Source: Myxococcales bacterium (lineage in GTDB: Bacteria > Myxococcota_A > Polyangia > Polyangiales > DASUME01). From it: a stretch of 64,000 nucleotides of DNA. The DNA lies in the NCBI GenBank assembly GCA_047601445.1, contig JASGJH010000001.1, forward strand, positions 4,640,001 to 4,704,000, read 5' to 3'. Position 1 is the stretch's first letter. Each line of letters begins with the position of its first letter. Below are positions 18,538-28,925 of the stretch, piece after piece. The translations under genes and the position numbers were made by a program. The notes beneath the pieces were generated by a model, which was not told where the DNA came from, did no database searches, and saw only the letters and a list, made by a program, of their open reading frames with translations.

Positions 18538-19437
18538 ATGCGCCCTGTTCTTGGCTTCGCTCTACCGCTCGCTCTCGGTCTGGCGTCCGCTCTGTCCGCC
18601 GTCGGCACCGCGCACGCCCACTTCAAACTGCTCAAGCCGGCCTCGTGGTTGAACGAGGACGACCAGGGCAACCCCCAGAAGGGCAGCCCTTGCGGGCTCG
18701 GCGGCTTCGACAACGCGACCGGCCTCGAAACCGGGGCCGTCACCACCTACAAGGCCGGTGAGACCATCACCGTGGAGTGGGTCGATACCATCGCGCATCC
18801 GGGCTACTTCCGCATCGCCCTGGCCGAGAACCGCAGCGACCTGAAGAACCCTACCATCAAGCAAGACGCGAGCTGCAGCTTCGACGAGAGCAAGCTGCCC
18901 ACCATGCCGAGCGGCAACGTGCTCGCGGATGGCATCTCGTTTCGCTCCCGCAACGGCTTCAGCGACAAGGCCGGCAAGAAGTTCTCCCAGAAGGTGACCC
19001 TGCCCAAGGAGCCCTGCGACAAGTGCACGCTGCAGGTGATGCAGGTGATGGAGAACGACATCCAGGCACTGTCCAACTGTTACTACTTCCACTGTGCGGA
19101 CATCCGCATCGTGGCCGACACGGGCAGCACGGATGCCGGCACCAGCGGCACCGTCACCTATCCCGACGGCGGCGTCACCAAGCCCAAGCCCGGAGGCGAC
19201 GGGGATGGTGACGGTGACGGCGATGGCGATAGCGGCGACGGGGACAGTGGAGATGGCGACGGGGACGGCGATGGCGACCAGGAGGGCTCGAGCGGCGGTC
19301 CCAGCGCTTCGCCCAAGAGTGACTCCGGCTGCACCGTGAGCCTCCCGCTGGCCCAGCGCACCGAAGGGCTCCTGTGGGTCCTCGGCCTGGTGGGTTCGGC
19401 GGCCGTGTTGCGTCGGGCACGTCGGCGCAAATCCTGA
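18538..19437 (+). CDS. SCE4755-family polysaccharide monooxygenase-like protein with MYXO-CTERM
   Basis: Signal peptide AHA|H leaves an N-terminal His; QK..PCG; HPGYFRIA; CDKCTLQV; Y.HCAD; GD linker; GC + TM + RRARRR. Confidence 0.8.
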   Translation: MRPVLGFALPLALGLASALSAVGTAHAHFKLLKPASWLNEDDQGNPQKGSPCGLGGFDNATGLETGAVTTYKAGETITVEWVDTIAHPGYFRIALAENRSDLKNPTIKQDASCSFDESKLPTMPSGNVLADGISFRSRNGFSDKAGKKFSQKVTLPKEPCDKCTLQVMQVMENDIQALSNCYYFHCADIRIVADTGSTDAGTSGTVTYPDGGVTKPKPGGDGDGDGDGDGDSGDGDSGDGDGDGDGDQEGSSGGPSASPKSDSGCTVSLPLAQRTEGLLWVLGLVGSAAVLRRARRRKS

Positions 19438-19481
19438 ACATCTTCTGCGGGTCCGGCGCGCTCTCGGGTACACTCCTGAAC

Positions 19482-19892
19482 ATGCCGGTGTCGGAAGGCG
19501 TGGTCGCAGAAGTGGTGGCAGACATCTCGGAGCGCATGAAGGATCCCAACTTCGCGCAGCTCTCGGTCGGCTCCTTCGTCGAGAATCAGCCCCACATCAG
19601 TCGCTTCCTGAGCGCCAAGGCCAATCGCCTCGGAGGCGCTCAGGCGCTGATGGAGCTGGTGTTCCATGCCGAGGTGTTGCGGGAGTGCCTTGCGCGCGCG
19701 GCCGGCGGCCGTGACGTACCCGAGGTGGGCTTTCCGGTACTCGACAAGGCTTCCCAGGGCGACTTCAAGGCGGCCTTTACCCAGCGTGAGCCGCACCTCG
19801 CCAACTACGTGGCCTCCAACATCGACCAGGAGGGCCAGCGCGCCGAGCTGTGCCGCGTGGGGCTCGCCCTGTGCATGGCGATGGGGAGCTGA
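19482..19892 (+). CDS. hypothetical protein
   Basis: Coding-like bias; internal repeat (QPHISRFL / EPHLANYV). Confidence 0.65.
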   Translation: MPVSEGVVAEVVADISERMKDPNFAQLSVGSFVENQPHISRFLSAKANRLGGAQALMELVFHAEVLRECLARAAGGRDVPEVGFPVLDKASQGDFKAAFTQREPHLANYVASNIDQEGQRAELCRVGLALCMAMGS

Positions 19893-19913
19893 CCCAGGAA
19901 CTGAGTCGGGCTC

Positions 19914-21524
19914 TCAGTCGCCCGTCACGCCCACGTAGCGCGCCAAGAGCTGGCCCGTGTAGTGCTCGATGGAGAGCACGCTCTCGATGAAATCGGCGCG
20001 CAAGCGGGCGACCCGGAGCTGTGCGTTGCGCACCTTGTCCTCGGCCTCGAGCACCTGGATCGCGGTGGACGTGCCTGTAGCGTAGCGAGCCTGCTCGGCC
20101 GCGAGCTGCTGCTTGGCGATGCCCAGCGTGCGCTCCGCCAGCGCCACCGCCTCTTCGCCCGAACGTCCCTTCTCGTGCAACGAGCCGATTTGCGCCACGA
20201 TGCGCTGCTTGCCCTCCCGCAGGTTCTGCTCGGCCACCTCGGTGGCGAGTCGCGCCTTGTTGCCCTCTGCACGCTCGCGACGCCGGTTGACGGGGGCCTC
20301 GAAGCTGAGCCCGACGTATCCGCTCACCGCATTGAACTGGCTCAGCCAGGGGTCGCTGCCGGGCGGGTTGTAGAGCATGCCCTGGGCCTGGATGTAGGTG
20401 TCGAAGTCGAGCTTGGCGCGATACTGGTTGGTGGCCGTCTGCTCCTGGAGCTGGGCCAACTGCAGCGACGAAAACAACCCCTTGAGCTCGGCGGACTCCG
20501 CCATGGCTGCGCGCTCCGACACATCGCGCGCCGGCAAGCTGGCCACGGGCTCACTCTCCGCGCGCAGCGCGCCGAGCGGAACCTCGCCGATGGTGCCTAG
20601 CTTCTGCAGAAGCTCGAGCTCGCGCTGCTTGTACGCCAGGCGCGCGTTGAGGATGGCTTCGTCGCGCGTCGCCACCTGGGTATCGAAGGCCAGCACCTCC
20701 ACTGGAGCGAGCGATCCCGTGGCTGCCCGCGCAGCAGCTTCATCGCGCTGCTTGAGCGCCGTCTCGCGCGACTGCTCCTCGATGGCTACCGAGTTCCCTG
20801 CGTACCAGAGCTCCCAGTAGGCCGTCAGGGCATCGCGAAGGACCTCGCTCGCCACACGGTCTCGTGAGTACTCCTGGTTGTCGCGCTGTACGCGGGCCTG
20901 CAGGAGCTGCGCTTCGTTCACGGCGCGACCGCGACCGCGGATCAGGGGCTGCTTGAGGCTGAGCTTCACCAGGCCGCCGTACTGCGGCGAAGACCAACCG
21001 GGCACGTTGGACGAAAAGATGCGCTTGTCCGTGAAGGTCTGAATGACGCTGGGCGCCACCCGCAACGTGATGTCGGCGCCCCAGAGCGTGTGCTTGCGCA
21101 GCTCCGCACCGGCGTCCGCGCGTCGCTGTCCAGAGATCGCCAGAATGGGTGTCCCCTTGGTGAAACTGGCATAGGGGTTCACGGCCTGGGCTGCATTCAT
21201 ATCCATACTGGGCGTCGTCGGAGTGGTGGATGTTGCGCTGGTGGATATGGCGCGAGACACCATGGGCGTCCTGGTCTGCGTGGCGCTGGCATCGACCGCG
21301 ATGACCGTCGCGTACTGGGCCTCGAGCCCGAGTGCGTCCCAGCGCGCGCTGTCGGCCTGCAAGAGCGCGACCTTCAACTGCGGATTGTGCTCCGCTGTCA
21401 GGCGCACCACGTCCGCCTCGAACAACGGCTTGCCCGTGACCGAATCCTGCGCGTGCACACGCTGCGCCGCGCCGCCCGACGACAGGGTCAGCAACAAGGC
21501 GGCGATCTGCGACTTCCTACTCAT
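19914..21524 (-). CDS. TolC-family outer membrane efflux protein
   Basis: Signal peptide; SLKQPL.RG; AYWEL; EQARY..G..T..VL.AE; last gene of the MacAB operon. Confidence 0.85.
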   Translation of the reverse strand: MSRKSQIAALLLTLSSGGAAQRVHAQDSVTGKPLFEADVVRLTAEHNPQLKVALLQADSARWDALGLEAQYATVIAVDASATQTRTPMVSRAISTSATSTTPTTPSMDMNAAQAVNPYASFTKGTPILAISGQRRADAGAELRKHTLWGADITLRVAPSVIQTFTDKRIFSSNVPGWSSPQYGGLVKLSLKQPLIRGRGRAVNEAQLLQARVQRDNQEYSRDRVASEVLRDALTAYWELWYAGNSVAIEEQSRETALKQRDEAAARAATGSLAPVEVLAFDTQVATRDEAILNARLAYKQRELELLQKLGTIGEVPLGALRAESEPVASLPARDVSERAAMAESAELKGLFSSLQLAQLQEQTATNQYRAKLDFDTYIQAQGMLYNPPGSDPWLSQFNAVSGYVGLSFEAPVNRRRERAEGNKARLATEVAEQNLREGKQRIVAQIGSLHEKGRSGEEAVALAERTLGIAKQQLAAEQARYATGTSTAIQVLEAEDKVRNAQLRVARLRADFIESVLSIEHYTGQLLARYVGVTGD

Positions 21525-22740
21525 GACGCAACGCCTCGATCGGGTTGAGACGCGCAGCCTTGCGCGCCGGAAAGAAACCAAAGGCCAGGCCCACCAGGGC
21601 CGAGAAGCCGACCGCGATGAGCACCACCTGAGGCCGAAAAGCGAAGGGAATCTTGAGCGCCGCGCCCGCACCGTAGGCCCCGCCGAGCCCGATCAGCATG
21701 CCGAACATCCCACCCATCACGCACAGCACCACCGCCTCCACCAGGAACTGCAGCAGCACCTCGTGGGCGCGCGCTCCGACCGCCAGGCGAATGCCGATCT
21801 CCCGTGTGCGCTCCGTGACCGACACCAACATGATGTTCATGATGCCGATGCCACCCACCAGGAGGCTCACCGCCGCTACCGCGCCGAGCAGAGCCGTGAG
21901 CACGCCGGTCACGTTCTGCAGCGTTTGCATGATCTCGCGCGTGTCGCGCACCGCGAAGTCGTCGGCCTGGCCCGGTGCGATGCGACGCCGCTCACGCATC
22001 AAGGCCTGGATCTGCTGCTTGGCCTTGGTGGTCAGGTTCTCGTCACGCGCGCTCACCGCGATGGCGCCCACGTCCATGTTGCCCGCGATGCGCCGCTGGA
22101 ACGCGCCGAGCGGGATGAGGATGAAGTCGTCCTGATCCATGCCGAAGGTGGACTGCCCCTTGGGCACCGTGGTCCCCACGATGAGACACGTGACCCGGCC
22201 CAGGCGGATGGTGGCGCCCAGCGGGTCCTGATGTCCGAACAGCTTCTGCTGGACCGTGTTGCCGATCACGCAGACCGGCTGCGCGCTGGTGAGCTCCACG
22301 TCCGAGAACACGCGTCCCGTCTCGATGTGGATATTGCGCACCTCGAAGTACTCGTTAGTGGTGCCCGTGACCGTGGTGTTCCAGTTGCGGTTGGCGTATA
22401 CCGCCAGCATCGAGCGACCGGAGGAGGGCGCCGCACGCAGCACCGCCGAGGACTCGCGCGCGATGGCCCGCGCGTCGTCCATCGTGAAAGGCGAAGCCGT
22501 CTCGCTCACGGGTCCGCGCCGCTCAGCGCCCGGGAACACCGTGAGCATGTTCACGCCCATGCCCGCGATCTCGCCGGTCACCTTCTGCGTGGCGCCCTCT
22601 CCGAGCGTGACCAGCGCGATCACCGAGGCCACGCCGATGACGATGCCGAGGGTGGTCAACGACGAGCGCAGCGTGTTGCGCCGAATCTCTCGAAACGCCA
22701 TCAGCAGCGTGCTGCCGACCATGAACAGAGGCGAGCTCAT
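21517..22740 (-). CDS. MacB-family ABC transporter permease
   Basis: [56 protein letters not shown]. Confidence 0.93.
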   Translation of the reverse strand: MSSPLFMVGSTLLMAFREIRRNTLRSSLTTLGIVIGVASVIALVTLGEGATQKVTGEIAGMGVNMLTVFPGAERRGPVSETASPFTMDDARAIARESSAVLRAAPSSGRSMLAVYANRNWNTTVTGTTNEYFEVRNIHIETGRVFSDVELTSAQPVCVIGNTVQQKLFGHQDPLGATIRLGRVTCLIVGTTVPKGQSTFGMDQDDFILIPLGAFQRRIAGNMDVGAIAVSARDENLTTKAKQQIQALMRERRRIAPGQADDFAVRDTREIMQTLQNVTGVLTALLGAVAAVSLLVGGIGIMNIMLVSVTERTREIGIRLAVGARAHEVLLQFLVEAVVLCVMGGMFGMLIGLGGAYGAGAALKIPFAFRPQVVLIAVGFSALVGLAFGFFPARKAARLNPIEALRHE

Positions 22741-23450
22741 GCCTGCACCACGGCAGAGGACTCGTCGCGCTCGATCAGTCCGTCGCGAAAGACCACCGTG
22801 CGGCGAGCGAAGGCCGCGATATCTGGCTCGTGGGTCACCATCACGATGGTGATGCCGCGCGTGCGGTTGAGGTCGACCAGCAGGTTCATGATCTCCACGC
22901 TGCGCGCCGTGTCCAGGTTGCCCGTGGGCTCGTCCGCCAGGAGCAGCGACGGCTCGGAGACGATGGCGCGCGCGATCGCCACGCGCTGCTGCTGGCCACC
23001 CGAGAGCTCGCCAGGCGTGTGATGCTCGCGGCCCGCCAGGCCCACGTCGTGCAAGGCGCGCAGGGCGCGCTCGCGGCGTTCCTTGGCGCGCATGCGCCGA
23101 TAGATCAGAGGCAGCTCCACGTTCTCGAGGGCCGTGGTGCGCGCCAGCAAGTTGAAGCCCTGGAACACGAAGCCGAGATAGTGACGACGCAGGAGCGCCA
23201 GCTGGTCGAGCGAGAGCTGCGTGGCGTCGACACCGCGGAACAAGTAGGCCCCCGAGGTAGGTCGATCCAGGCAGCCCAGGATGTTCATGCAGGTGCTCTT
23301 GCCAGAGCCGCTCGGCCCCATCGCCGCCACGAACTCACCCGCCGCAATGCACAGGTCCACACCCGCCAGGGCGCGCACTTCCGACTCGCCCTGACCGTAC
23401 ACCTTGCGTACCCGACGCAGCTCGAGCAGCGGTGCCTCAGGGGCGCTCAC
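22737..23450 (-). CDS. MacB/LolD-type ABC ATP-binding protein
   Basis: [31 protein letters not shown]. Confidence 0.95.
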   Translation of the reverse strand: MSAPEAPLLELRRVRKVYGQGESEVRALAGVDLCIAAGEFVAAMGPSGSGKSTCMNILGCLDRPTSGAYLFRGVDATQLSLDQLALLRRHYLGFVFQGFNLLARTTALENVELPLIYRRMRAKERRERALRALHDVGLAGREHHTPGELSGGQQQRVAIARAIVSEPSLLLADEPTGNLDTARSVEIMNLLVDLNRTRGITIVMVTHEPDIAAFARRTVVFRDGLIERDESSAVVQA

Positions 23451-24666
23451 GCTTGACCTCCACCACGTCCGTCAGCACCTGGTCGCCTTCCTTCAGGTCG
23501 CCTCCGAGCAGCTCGCTGTACTGTCCGTCGCTGGCTCCCGTCTTGACGCTACGGGCCGCAGGCGCATCCCCCTGCAATACCCACACGCGACGCTGGCCGG
23601 CCTCCACTCGCGTGACCTCCGGCGGTTGGTTCGGCGGCGTGAAGCGCAGCGCCGCGTTGGGGATGGCCAGCGCGTTCTTGCGCTCGTTGGCCACGATGGT
23701 AGCGGTAGCGGTCATGCCGGGACGCAGCAACAGCTCGGCGTTGTCCACCGACAACACAGCCTCGTAGCTCACCACGTTTTGGTCTTCCTTGGGCTCGTTG
23801 CGCAGCGACATGACCTTGGAAGGAAAGCTGCGCTCCGGATAGGCGTCGACCGCGAAACTGGCCGCCTGCCCCTCGCGCGCGCGCCCGATGTCCGCCTCGT
23901 CGATGTACACGTAGAGGCTCATCTGCCGGAGGTCCTCGGCGAGCTTGAACAAGACGGGCGTCGTGAAGCCTGCCGTGAGAGTCTGCCCCGGCTCCACCAA
24001 ACGCGAGAGCACGATACCGTCGATGGGCGACAACACCTGGGTCTTCTCGAGCTTGGACTTGGTGGACTTGAGGGTGGCGCTCGCCACGGTGGTGCTGGCC
24101 TGACTGCTCTCGAGGGCGGCGCGGGCACGCTCACGGGCCGCGATGGCGGCTTCGAGCTCGCGCTGTGAGACCAGACCTTGCTTGGACTGCTGCTCGGCGC
24201 GCGCCGCGCTCTGCTCGCTTTCGAGCAAGGTGGCGCGCGCTTGCGCGATGGAGGCTTGCGAAGCCGCGAGCTGCGCCTTGGCCTCGTCGAACGCCGCGTG
24301 CAGCTGCTCCGGATCGATCTCGGCCAACACCTGGCCCTTCTTGACCGGATCGTTGAAGTCCACCGCCACGCGCGTAATGCGGCCCGACACCTCGGCGCCC
24401 ACCTCGACGGTGTTGAGTCCCTTGAGCGTGCCGGTCGCCGAGATCACCACCTGGATGTCGCGACGCTGCACGGCGGCGCTCTCGTAGTGGGGTTTCTGGG
24501 CTTCGGCCCGCTGCTTCAGAAAGCGCGAGATGCCCAAGCCGCCGCCGCCAAGGACCAACACACCGAGCACGCTCCAGATGAGGAGACCTCGCCAGCGATT
24601 GGGCGGCTTGGCGCTACCGAGGGTTTTGACGACTTCCGGATCCGCCTGAGACTCAAGACGCGTCAT
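23437..24666 (-). CDS. MacA-like periplasmic adaptor (membrane fusion protein)
   Basis: VEVGAEVSG..V.VDFND.VKKGQ; SPIDGIV; LRPGMTA. Confidence 0.92.
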   Translation of the reverse strand: MTRLESQADPEVVKTLGSAKPPNRWRGLLIWSVLGVLVLGGGGLGISRFLKQRAEAQKPHYESAAVQRRDIQVVISATGTLKGLNTVEVGAEVSGRITRVAVDFNDPVKKGQVLAEIDPEQLHAAFDEAKAQLAASQASIAQARATLLESEQSAARAEQQSKQGLVSQRELEAAIAARERARAALESSQASTTVASATLKSTKSKLEKTQVLSPIDGIVLSRLVEPGQTLTAGFTTPVLFKLAEDLRQMSLYVYIDEADIGRAREGQAASFAVDAYPERSFPSKVMSLRNEPKEDQNVVSYEAVLSVDNAELLLRPGMTATATIVANERKNALAIPNAALRFTPPNQPPEVTRVEAGQRRVWVLQGDAPAARSVKTGASDGQYSELLGGDLKEGDQVLTDVVEVKRERP

Positions 24667-24713
24667 GGCCCCACCAGGGTAGACGTGGGGCGTTACCCGT
24701 CCAATGCCAAATG

Positions 24714-24729
24714 GTTAAGCAATGTAAAG
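24714..24729 (-). promoter_or_regulatory. possible OmpR/PhoB-family direct-repeat box upstream of the macA-like gene
   Basis: CTTTAC-ATTG-CTTAAC (10-bp periodicity) in an AT-rich patch. Confidence 0.3.
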
Positions 24730-24768
24730 GCTGCATTCGCGCGATAAAACGACGGCGCCCGTGAATGA

Positions 24769-25641
24769 CTAGGATGCGGCGACGTCGCGCGGCAGATCGC
24801 GCTCTTGCGCCGGCAGACCGAGCTCGGCGCGGTACATGTCTACGACCTGACGCTGCAGCTTTTTGGCGCTCGCTCCGCGGGACGAGATGAGCGGACGCGG
24901 ACGCACACGGTAGTCCACCGGGTGATCCGGCAGCACGTGCCAGGGCGCATCTTTGTGCAGCGCGGGAGGATCGGACGTGACCAGCACGGGCAGGATGTCG
25001 GTCTGCGTGGTGGAAGCCACGGCGAACGCACCCTTGAACATGGTGCCCAGACCGCGCGGTGGCGAGCGCGTGCCCTCGGGGAAGATCACCACGTTGAAGC
25101 CCTGAGCGAGACGCGCCTGCACGTTCGCCAGCAGCAGTTGGTTCGAGGCCATGCTGCCGTCGCCGCCGTCGATATGGCCGCAGTAACGAAACAACCGCTG
25201 GAGGAAGCGATCATTCCAGATCTTGTGCTTCACCACGACACTCGCGTCTCGATAGACCGCGAGCACGGCCACCACGTCGATGGTGGTGGGATGGTTCGAC
25301 ACCACGATCACCGGGCGCCCAGGCAACTGCGGGTCCACCAGGCGCGGGTTGTACGTGAAAATGCGGGCCCAGCGCAGGAGGTCGAGGGTGACCCGGAAGC
25401 AGGTGGCGACGGCGATCTGGTTGCGCCGCATGCGCACCAGGGGATCGCGCGTGGTGAGCGACCACAGGGGCAGGAAGAACCAGCCGAAGAACGCCCCCGA
25501 CAGGTAGAAAGCGGTGAAGATCAGCGCTCCCCGCACGATTTTCCACCAACGCCAGAACACGGAAAGAACCGCCCCGCTGCGAGACCTCTGGGGCACGCTG
25601 GAGGAAGCCCCGCGCTGCCCGGACGGCCTTTCTCTTGCCAT
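24769..25641 (-). CDS. lysophospholipid (PlsC-type) acyltransferase
   Basis: NHPTTID (HX4D) and IFPEGTRS; start uncertain. Confidence 0.88.
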   Translation of the reverse strand: MARERPSGQRGASSSVPQRSRSGAVLSVFWRWWKIVRGALIFTAFYLSGAFFGWFFLPLWSLTTRDPLVRMRRNQIAVATCFRVTLDLLRWARIFTYNPRLVDPQLPGRPVIVVSNHPTTIDVVAVLAVYRDASVVVKHKIWNDRFLQRLFRYCGHIDGGDGSMASNQLLLANVQARLAQGFNVVIFPEGTRSPPRGLGTMFKGAFAVASTTQTDILPVLVTSDPPALHKDAPWHVLPDHPVDYRVRPRPLISSRGASAKKLQRQVVDMYRAELGLPAQERDLPRDVAAS

Positions 25642-25761
25642 ATCCCGGGCCAACTGGTCAAAGAGGCCACCCCATCTGGGCGGGTCCGCGCGCTCACGCA
25701 AACTGGTGCCAGGATTGCTCAAGGCCTACCTTTGAGTCAGAACCGCGCGTCCGAGCAGCCG

Positions 25762-26511
25762 ATGTCCGCCTTCAAACCCTGTGTGCTGATACCCACCTAC
25801 AACAACCCGGCCACCATTCGTGCCGTGGTGGAGCAGGCGCGCAAATATCTGCCCGACGTCATCGTCGTCGACGACGGCTCCGGCCCGGCCGCGCGGGAAG
25901 TCTGCGAAGGGCTGGCGCGTGAAGGCCTGTGTACCGTGGAGCGACACGCGGTGAACCAGGGCAAGGGGGCCGCCGTGAAGACCGGCTTCCAGCTGGCGCG
26001 AAAGCTCGGCTTCAGCCACGCGGTGCAGGTCGATGGCGACGGGCAGCACGCGCTCGAGCGTATCCCGGCCTTCGTGGAGATCGCACGCGCCCAGCCCGAC
26101 GCCTTGGTGCTCGGTTGCCCGGTCTACGACGACACCTTGCACAAAGGCCGCTATGCGGCGCGCCTGGTGACGCGTTTCTGGAACTATATCGAGGTCCTCG
26201 GCCCGACCATCCAGGACTCCATGTGCGGCTTTCGTGTGTACCCGATCGAGGCGGCACTGGCAGCCAAGACGCGCGGTGACCGCATGAACTTCGACATCGA
26301 GATCCCGGTCCGCATGGTCTGGAACGGCGTGAAGGTCATCAACGAGCCCGTTCCGGTGCGCTACTTGACGGCCGAAGAAGGCGGCATTTCCCACTACCAG
26401 ACCTTTTGGGACACGGCACACATCAGCTGGACGCACACCAAGCTCGTGTTCGAAGGGCTCGCGCTGCTGATCACGTGGCCCGTGCGCAAGCTGTTCGGAG
26501 GCTCCCGGTGA
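25762..26511 (+). CDS. glycosyltransferase family 2
   Basis: LIPTYN, VVDDGS, NQGKGAA, DGDGQH, DSMCGFRVYP. Confidence 0.92.
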   Translation: MSAFKPCVLIPTYNNPATIRAVVEQARKYLPDVIVVDDGSGPAAREVCEGLAREGLCTVERHAVNQGKGAAVKTGFQLARKLGFSHAVQVDGDGQHALERIPAFVEIARAQPDALVLGCPVYDDTLHKGRYAARLVTRFWNYIEVLGPTIQDSMCGFRVYPIEAALAAKTRGDRMNFDIEIPVRMVWNGVKVINEPVPVRYLTAEEGGISHYQTFWDTAHISWTHTKLVFEGLALLITWPVRKLFGGSR

Positions 26512-27437
26512 GCGCTCGGTCCGAACCACAAGGGGCGGACCAGACTCCGACGAAGACGGCATGGCTCTCCAACGAAGAGCGCGGAACGGTTCTGGGTATC
26601 CGCTTCGTGGTGTGGCTGTGCAACTTCTTCGGGCGCCGCGCGGCGCGCAGCTTCATCTACGTGCTGGCCGCGTACTACACGGCCTTCGCCGCCCATGGAC
26701 GTAGGGCCTCGCGCGCCTGGTTGAGCTTCGTGTTCGGGCGCCCCGCAACGCTGCTCGAGGTCTACAAACACCTGAGCACATTCGCCCTGGTGGCACTCGA
26801 TCGCGTGTTCTTGCTACAGGGGCAGCGCGAGCGCTTCGTGCTGAACTCCCACGGCACCGAGCACCTCGACGTGCTGACGGCGCAGAAAAAGGGCGCCGTA
26901 CTGCTCGGTGCGCATCTCGGAAGCTTCGAAGCGATGCGGGCCAGGGCCGGCGGACGTGGCCACGACATCCGCGTGTTGGCGTACTTCGAGAACGCCAAGA
27001 AAATCACGCAAGTGCTCGCCGCGGTGGCGCCCGAGATGCATGAAAAAGTGATCCCGCTCGGCTCGATGGATGCGCTGCTGAAGGCCAAGGAAGCCGTGGA
27101 ACAAGGCGCCATGATCGCCATGCTGGGCGACCGCACCGGACTCAACGCGAAGACCACGCAAGTGATGTTCATGGGCAAACCCGCACCGCTGCCCACCGGC
27201 CCCTTCCTGCTCGCGTCATCCCTCGGCTGCCCGGTGCTCTTCGTGTGCGGCATCTACCGCGGCGGCAACTGGTACGAAATGCACTGCGAACCCTTTGCCG
27301 ACCGCATCGTCCTTCCGCGCGGCAACCGCGAAGAAGCGCTACAGAAGTACGCTCAGCAGTACGCTGACCGGCTCTCGCACTTCGCTGGGAAGCATCCGTA
27401 CAACTGGTTCAATATTTACGATTTTTGGAAGCCATGA
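26508..27437 (+). CDS. LpxL/HtrB-like acyltransferase (aryl polyene cluster type)
   Basis: ERGT N-terminal motif, GAHLGSFE, LGDR, HPYNWFNIYDFW; GTG overlaps the upstream stop. Confidence 0.85.
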   Translation: MSARSEPQGADQTPTKTAWLSNEERGTVLGIRFVVWLCNFFGRRAARSFIYVLAAYYTAFAAHGRRASRAWLSFVFGRPATLLEVYKHLSTFALVALDRVFLLQGQRERFVLNSHGTEHLDVLTAQKKGAVLLGAHLGSFEAMRARAGGRGHDIRVLAYFENAKKITQVLAAVAPEMHEKVIPLGSMDALLKAKEAVEQGAMIAMLGDRTGLNAKTTQVMFMGKPAPLPTGPFLLASSLGCPVLFVCGIYRGGNWYEMHCEPFADRIVLPRGNREEALQKYAQQYADRLSHFAGKHPYNWFNIYDFWKP

Positions 27438-27543
27438 GCGGATGGCCACTGGCGGAAGGCGGCCAACAGCTGACGGCTCCTTGTCCGTTGGTTTGACGTC
27501 CCCCGCCCGCTTGCTCCACCCTGGAGGAAGTTCACAAGACAAG

Positions 27544-28923
27544 ATGCTGTCTCACTCTCCTCCTTCCTCGCGCCGTGCTGTTCGAATCCTGGCTGCGCTG
27601 GGCCTTCCGGCCCTGGCGGTCCTGTGCTCTTGCGTGCTGCTTGGTGCTGCCGACCCGAATGGCTGGCGTGCGCGGCGGCGGGCGGGAGTGCGCGAGAATC
27701 GGCGGGCGGCAGCGCTGATCTTGCCGAGTGTTTGGGGCCCCGAGCCGGCCACCCCGGGTACCGTGGATGTGCCCCGGTTTGCCCGGGCGCTGCGGGCGGT
27801 GTGCGGCATGATGCCGCCGGGGCGCGCCGACCGGTACGCCGAGTGGATCGTAGAGCAGAGTCGGGCGCACGGGGAGGACCCGTTCCTGCTGGCGGCCATC
27901 GTGTACCGCACGAGTCGCTGCTTACCGGACGCAGAGACGATCGAGGGGCTCGGCCTGACCGCGATTCAACCGAGCATGTACCGCGACAACACGCGCGGGC
28001 GTCGCCTGATCTACAAGGTGTTCGACGGCTCGAGCTGGTCGGAACGGCGCAAGGAGCTCGGCACGGGCTTCTCGGAAGCGTCGCTCGCCACCGCCGAAGC
28101 GAACATCGAATGGGCCGCCGCCCTACTGGGGATGTGGCGCGAGCAGCACGCGGTGGTCGACCAGAAGTTTCCGAGCGAGCCGCACCGTCACTATGTATCG
28201 CACTTCGTCTGGGGCGACCGGGTCAAGAGCGCGCGCGCGGAGGATCGCATCTTCACCGATCGCCGGCGCCTGCTCGCGCACTACGGCGTGACGTTGCCCG
28301 CGCCAACCCATTCGTTTCGCAACGTGACGTGGGGCTCGCCGCTCGAGGGAGCGCCGCGCGTCGTGAGCAGTCAGCCAGGTGCCGATCGCGAAGAGGGCCT
28401 GCGGCTGCACCGTGGCGTAGACGTGGAGGCGACGCTGGGGGAACCCGTGCTGGCGGTGGCGGAGGGGCGCGTGAGCTTTGCGGGAGTGGACCTGCCGGGC
28501 CAAGCGAACAACGCGGCCATGGATCCGTCCGAGATCGAGAGCGTGCCGCGCAGCGCGCTGGGTCACGGCGGGCGCTACGTGTGCGTCACGCACGTGGACG
28601 GTACGGCTGGTGCACTCGTGGGAGACGACGGGAAGCCGGAGGCTTGGCTACGCTCCTGCTACATGCATCTGGAAGACGTGCTGGTTCGCGTGGGCCAGAA
28701 GGTCGCGCGCGGTGAGGCACTGGGCACGGTGGGTCGCACCGGGATGAAGAGTTCGGCGCCCCATCTGCACCTCGAGATCAAGACGGATCGCAAGCTCTAC
28801 GACGCGCGCGACGTGTTGGTGGGCAGCCTCATCGGCGAACCCCCGGTCGAACCCAAGAAGAAGAAGCGCCGCAAGCTCGCCGCAGCCGGAGCGCCCCCCA
28901 TCGCGGCCACGACGACTCCCTGA
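27544..28923 (+). CDS. M23 metallopeptidase with an N-terminal degenerate lytic-transglycosylase-like domain
   Basis: HRGVD and PHLH zinc ligands; YMHL; DPFLLAAIVYRTS; NIEWAAALL. Confidence 0.8.
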   Translation: MLSHSPPSSRRAVRILAALGLPALAVLCSCVLLGAADPNGWRARRRAGVRENRRAAALILPSVWGPEPATPGTVDVPRFARALRAVCGMMPPGRADRYAEWIVEQSRAHGEDPFLLAAIVYRTSRCLPDAETIEGLGLTAIQPSMYRDNTRGRRLIYKVFDGSSWSERRKELGTGFSEASLATAEANIEWAAALLGMWREQHAVVDQKFPSEPHRHYVSHFVWGDRVKSARAEDRIFTDRRRLLAHYGVTLPAPTHSFRNVTWGSPLEGAPRVVSSQPGADREEGLRLHRGVDVEATLGEPVLAVAEGRVSFAGVDLPGQANNAAMDPSEIESVPRSALGHGGRYVCVTHVDGTAGALVGDDGKPEAWLRSCYMHLEDVLVRVGQKVARGEALGTVGRTGMKSSAPHLHLEIKTDRKLYDARDVLVGSLIGEPPVEPKKKKRRKLAAAGAPPIAATTTP

Positions 28924-28925
28924 GA

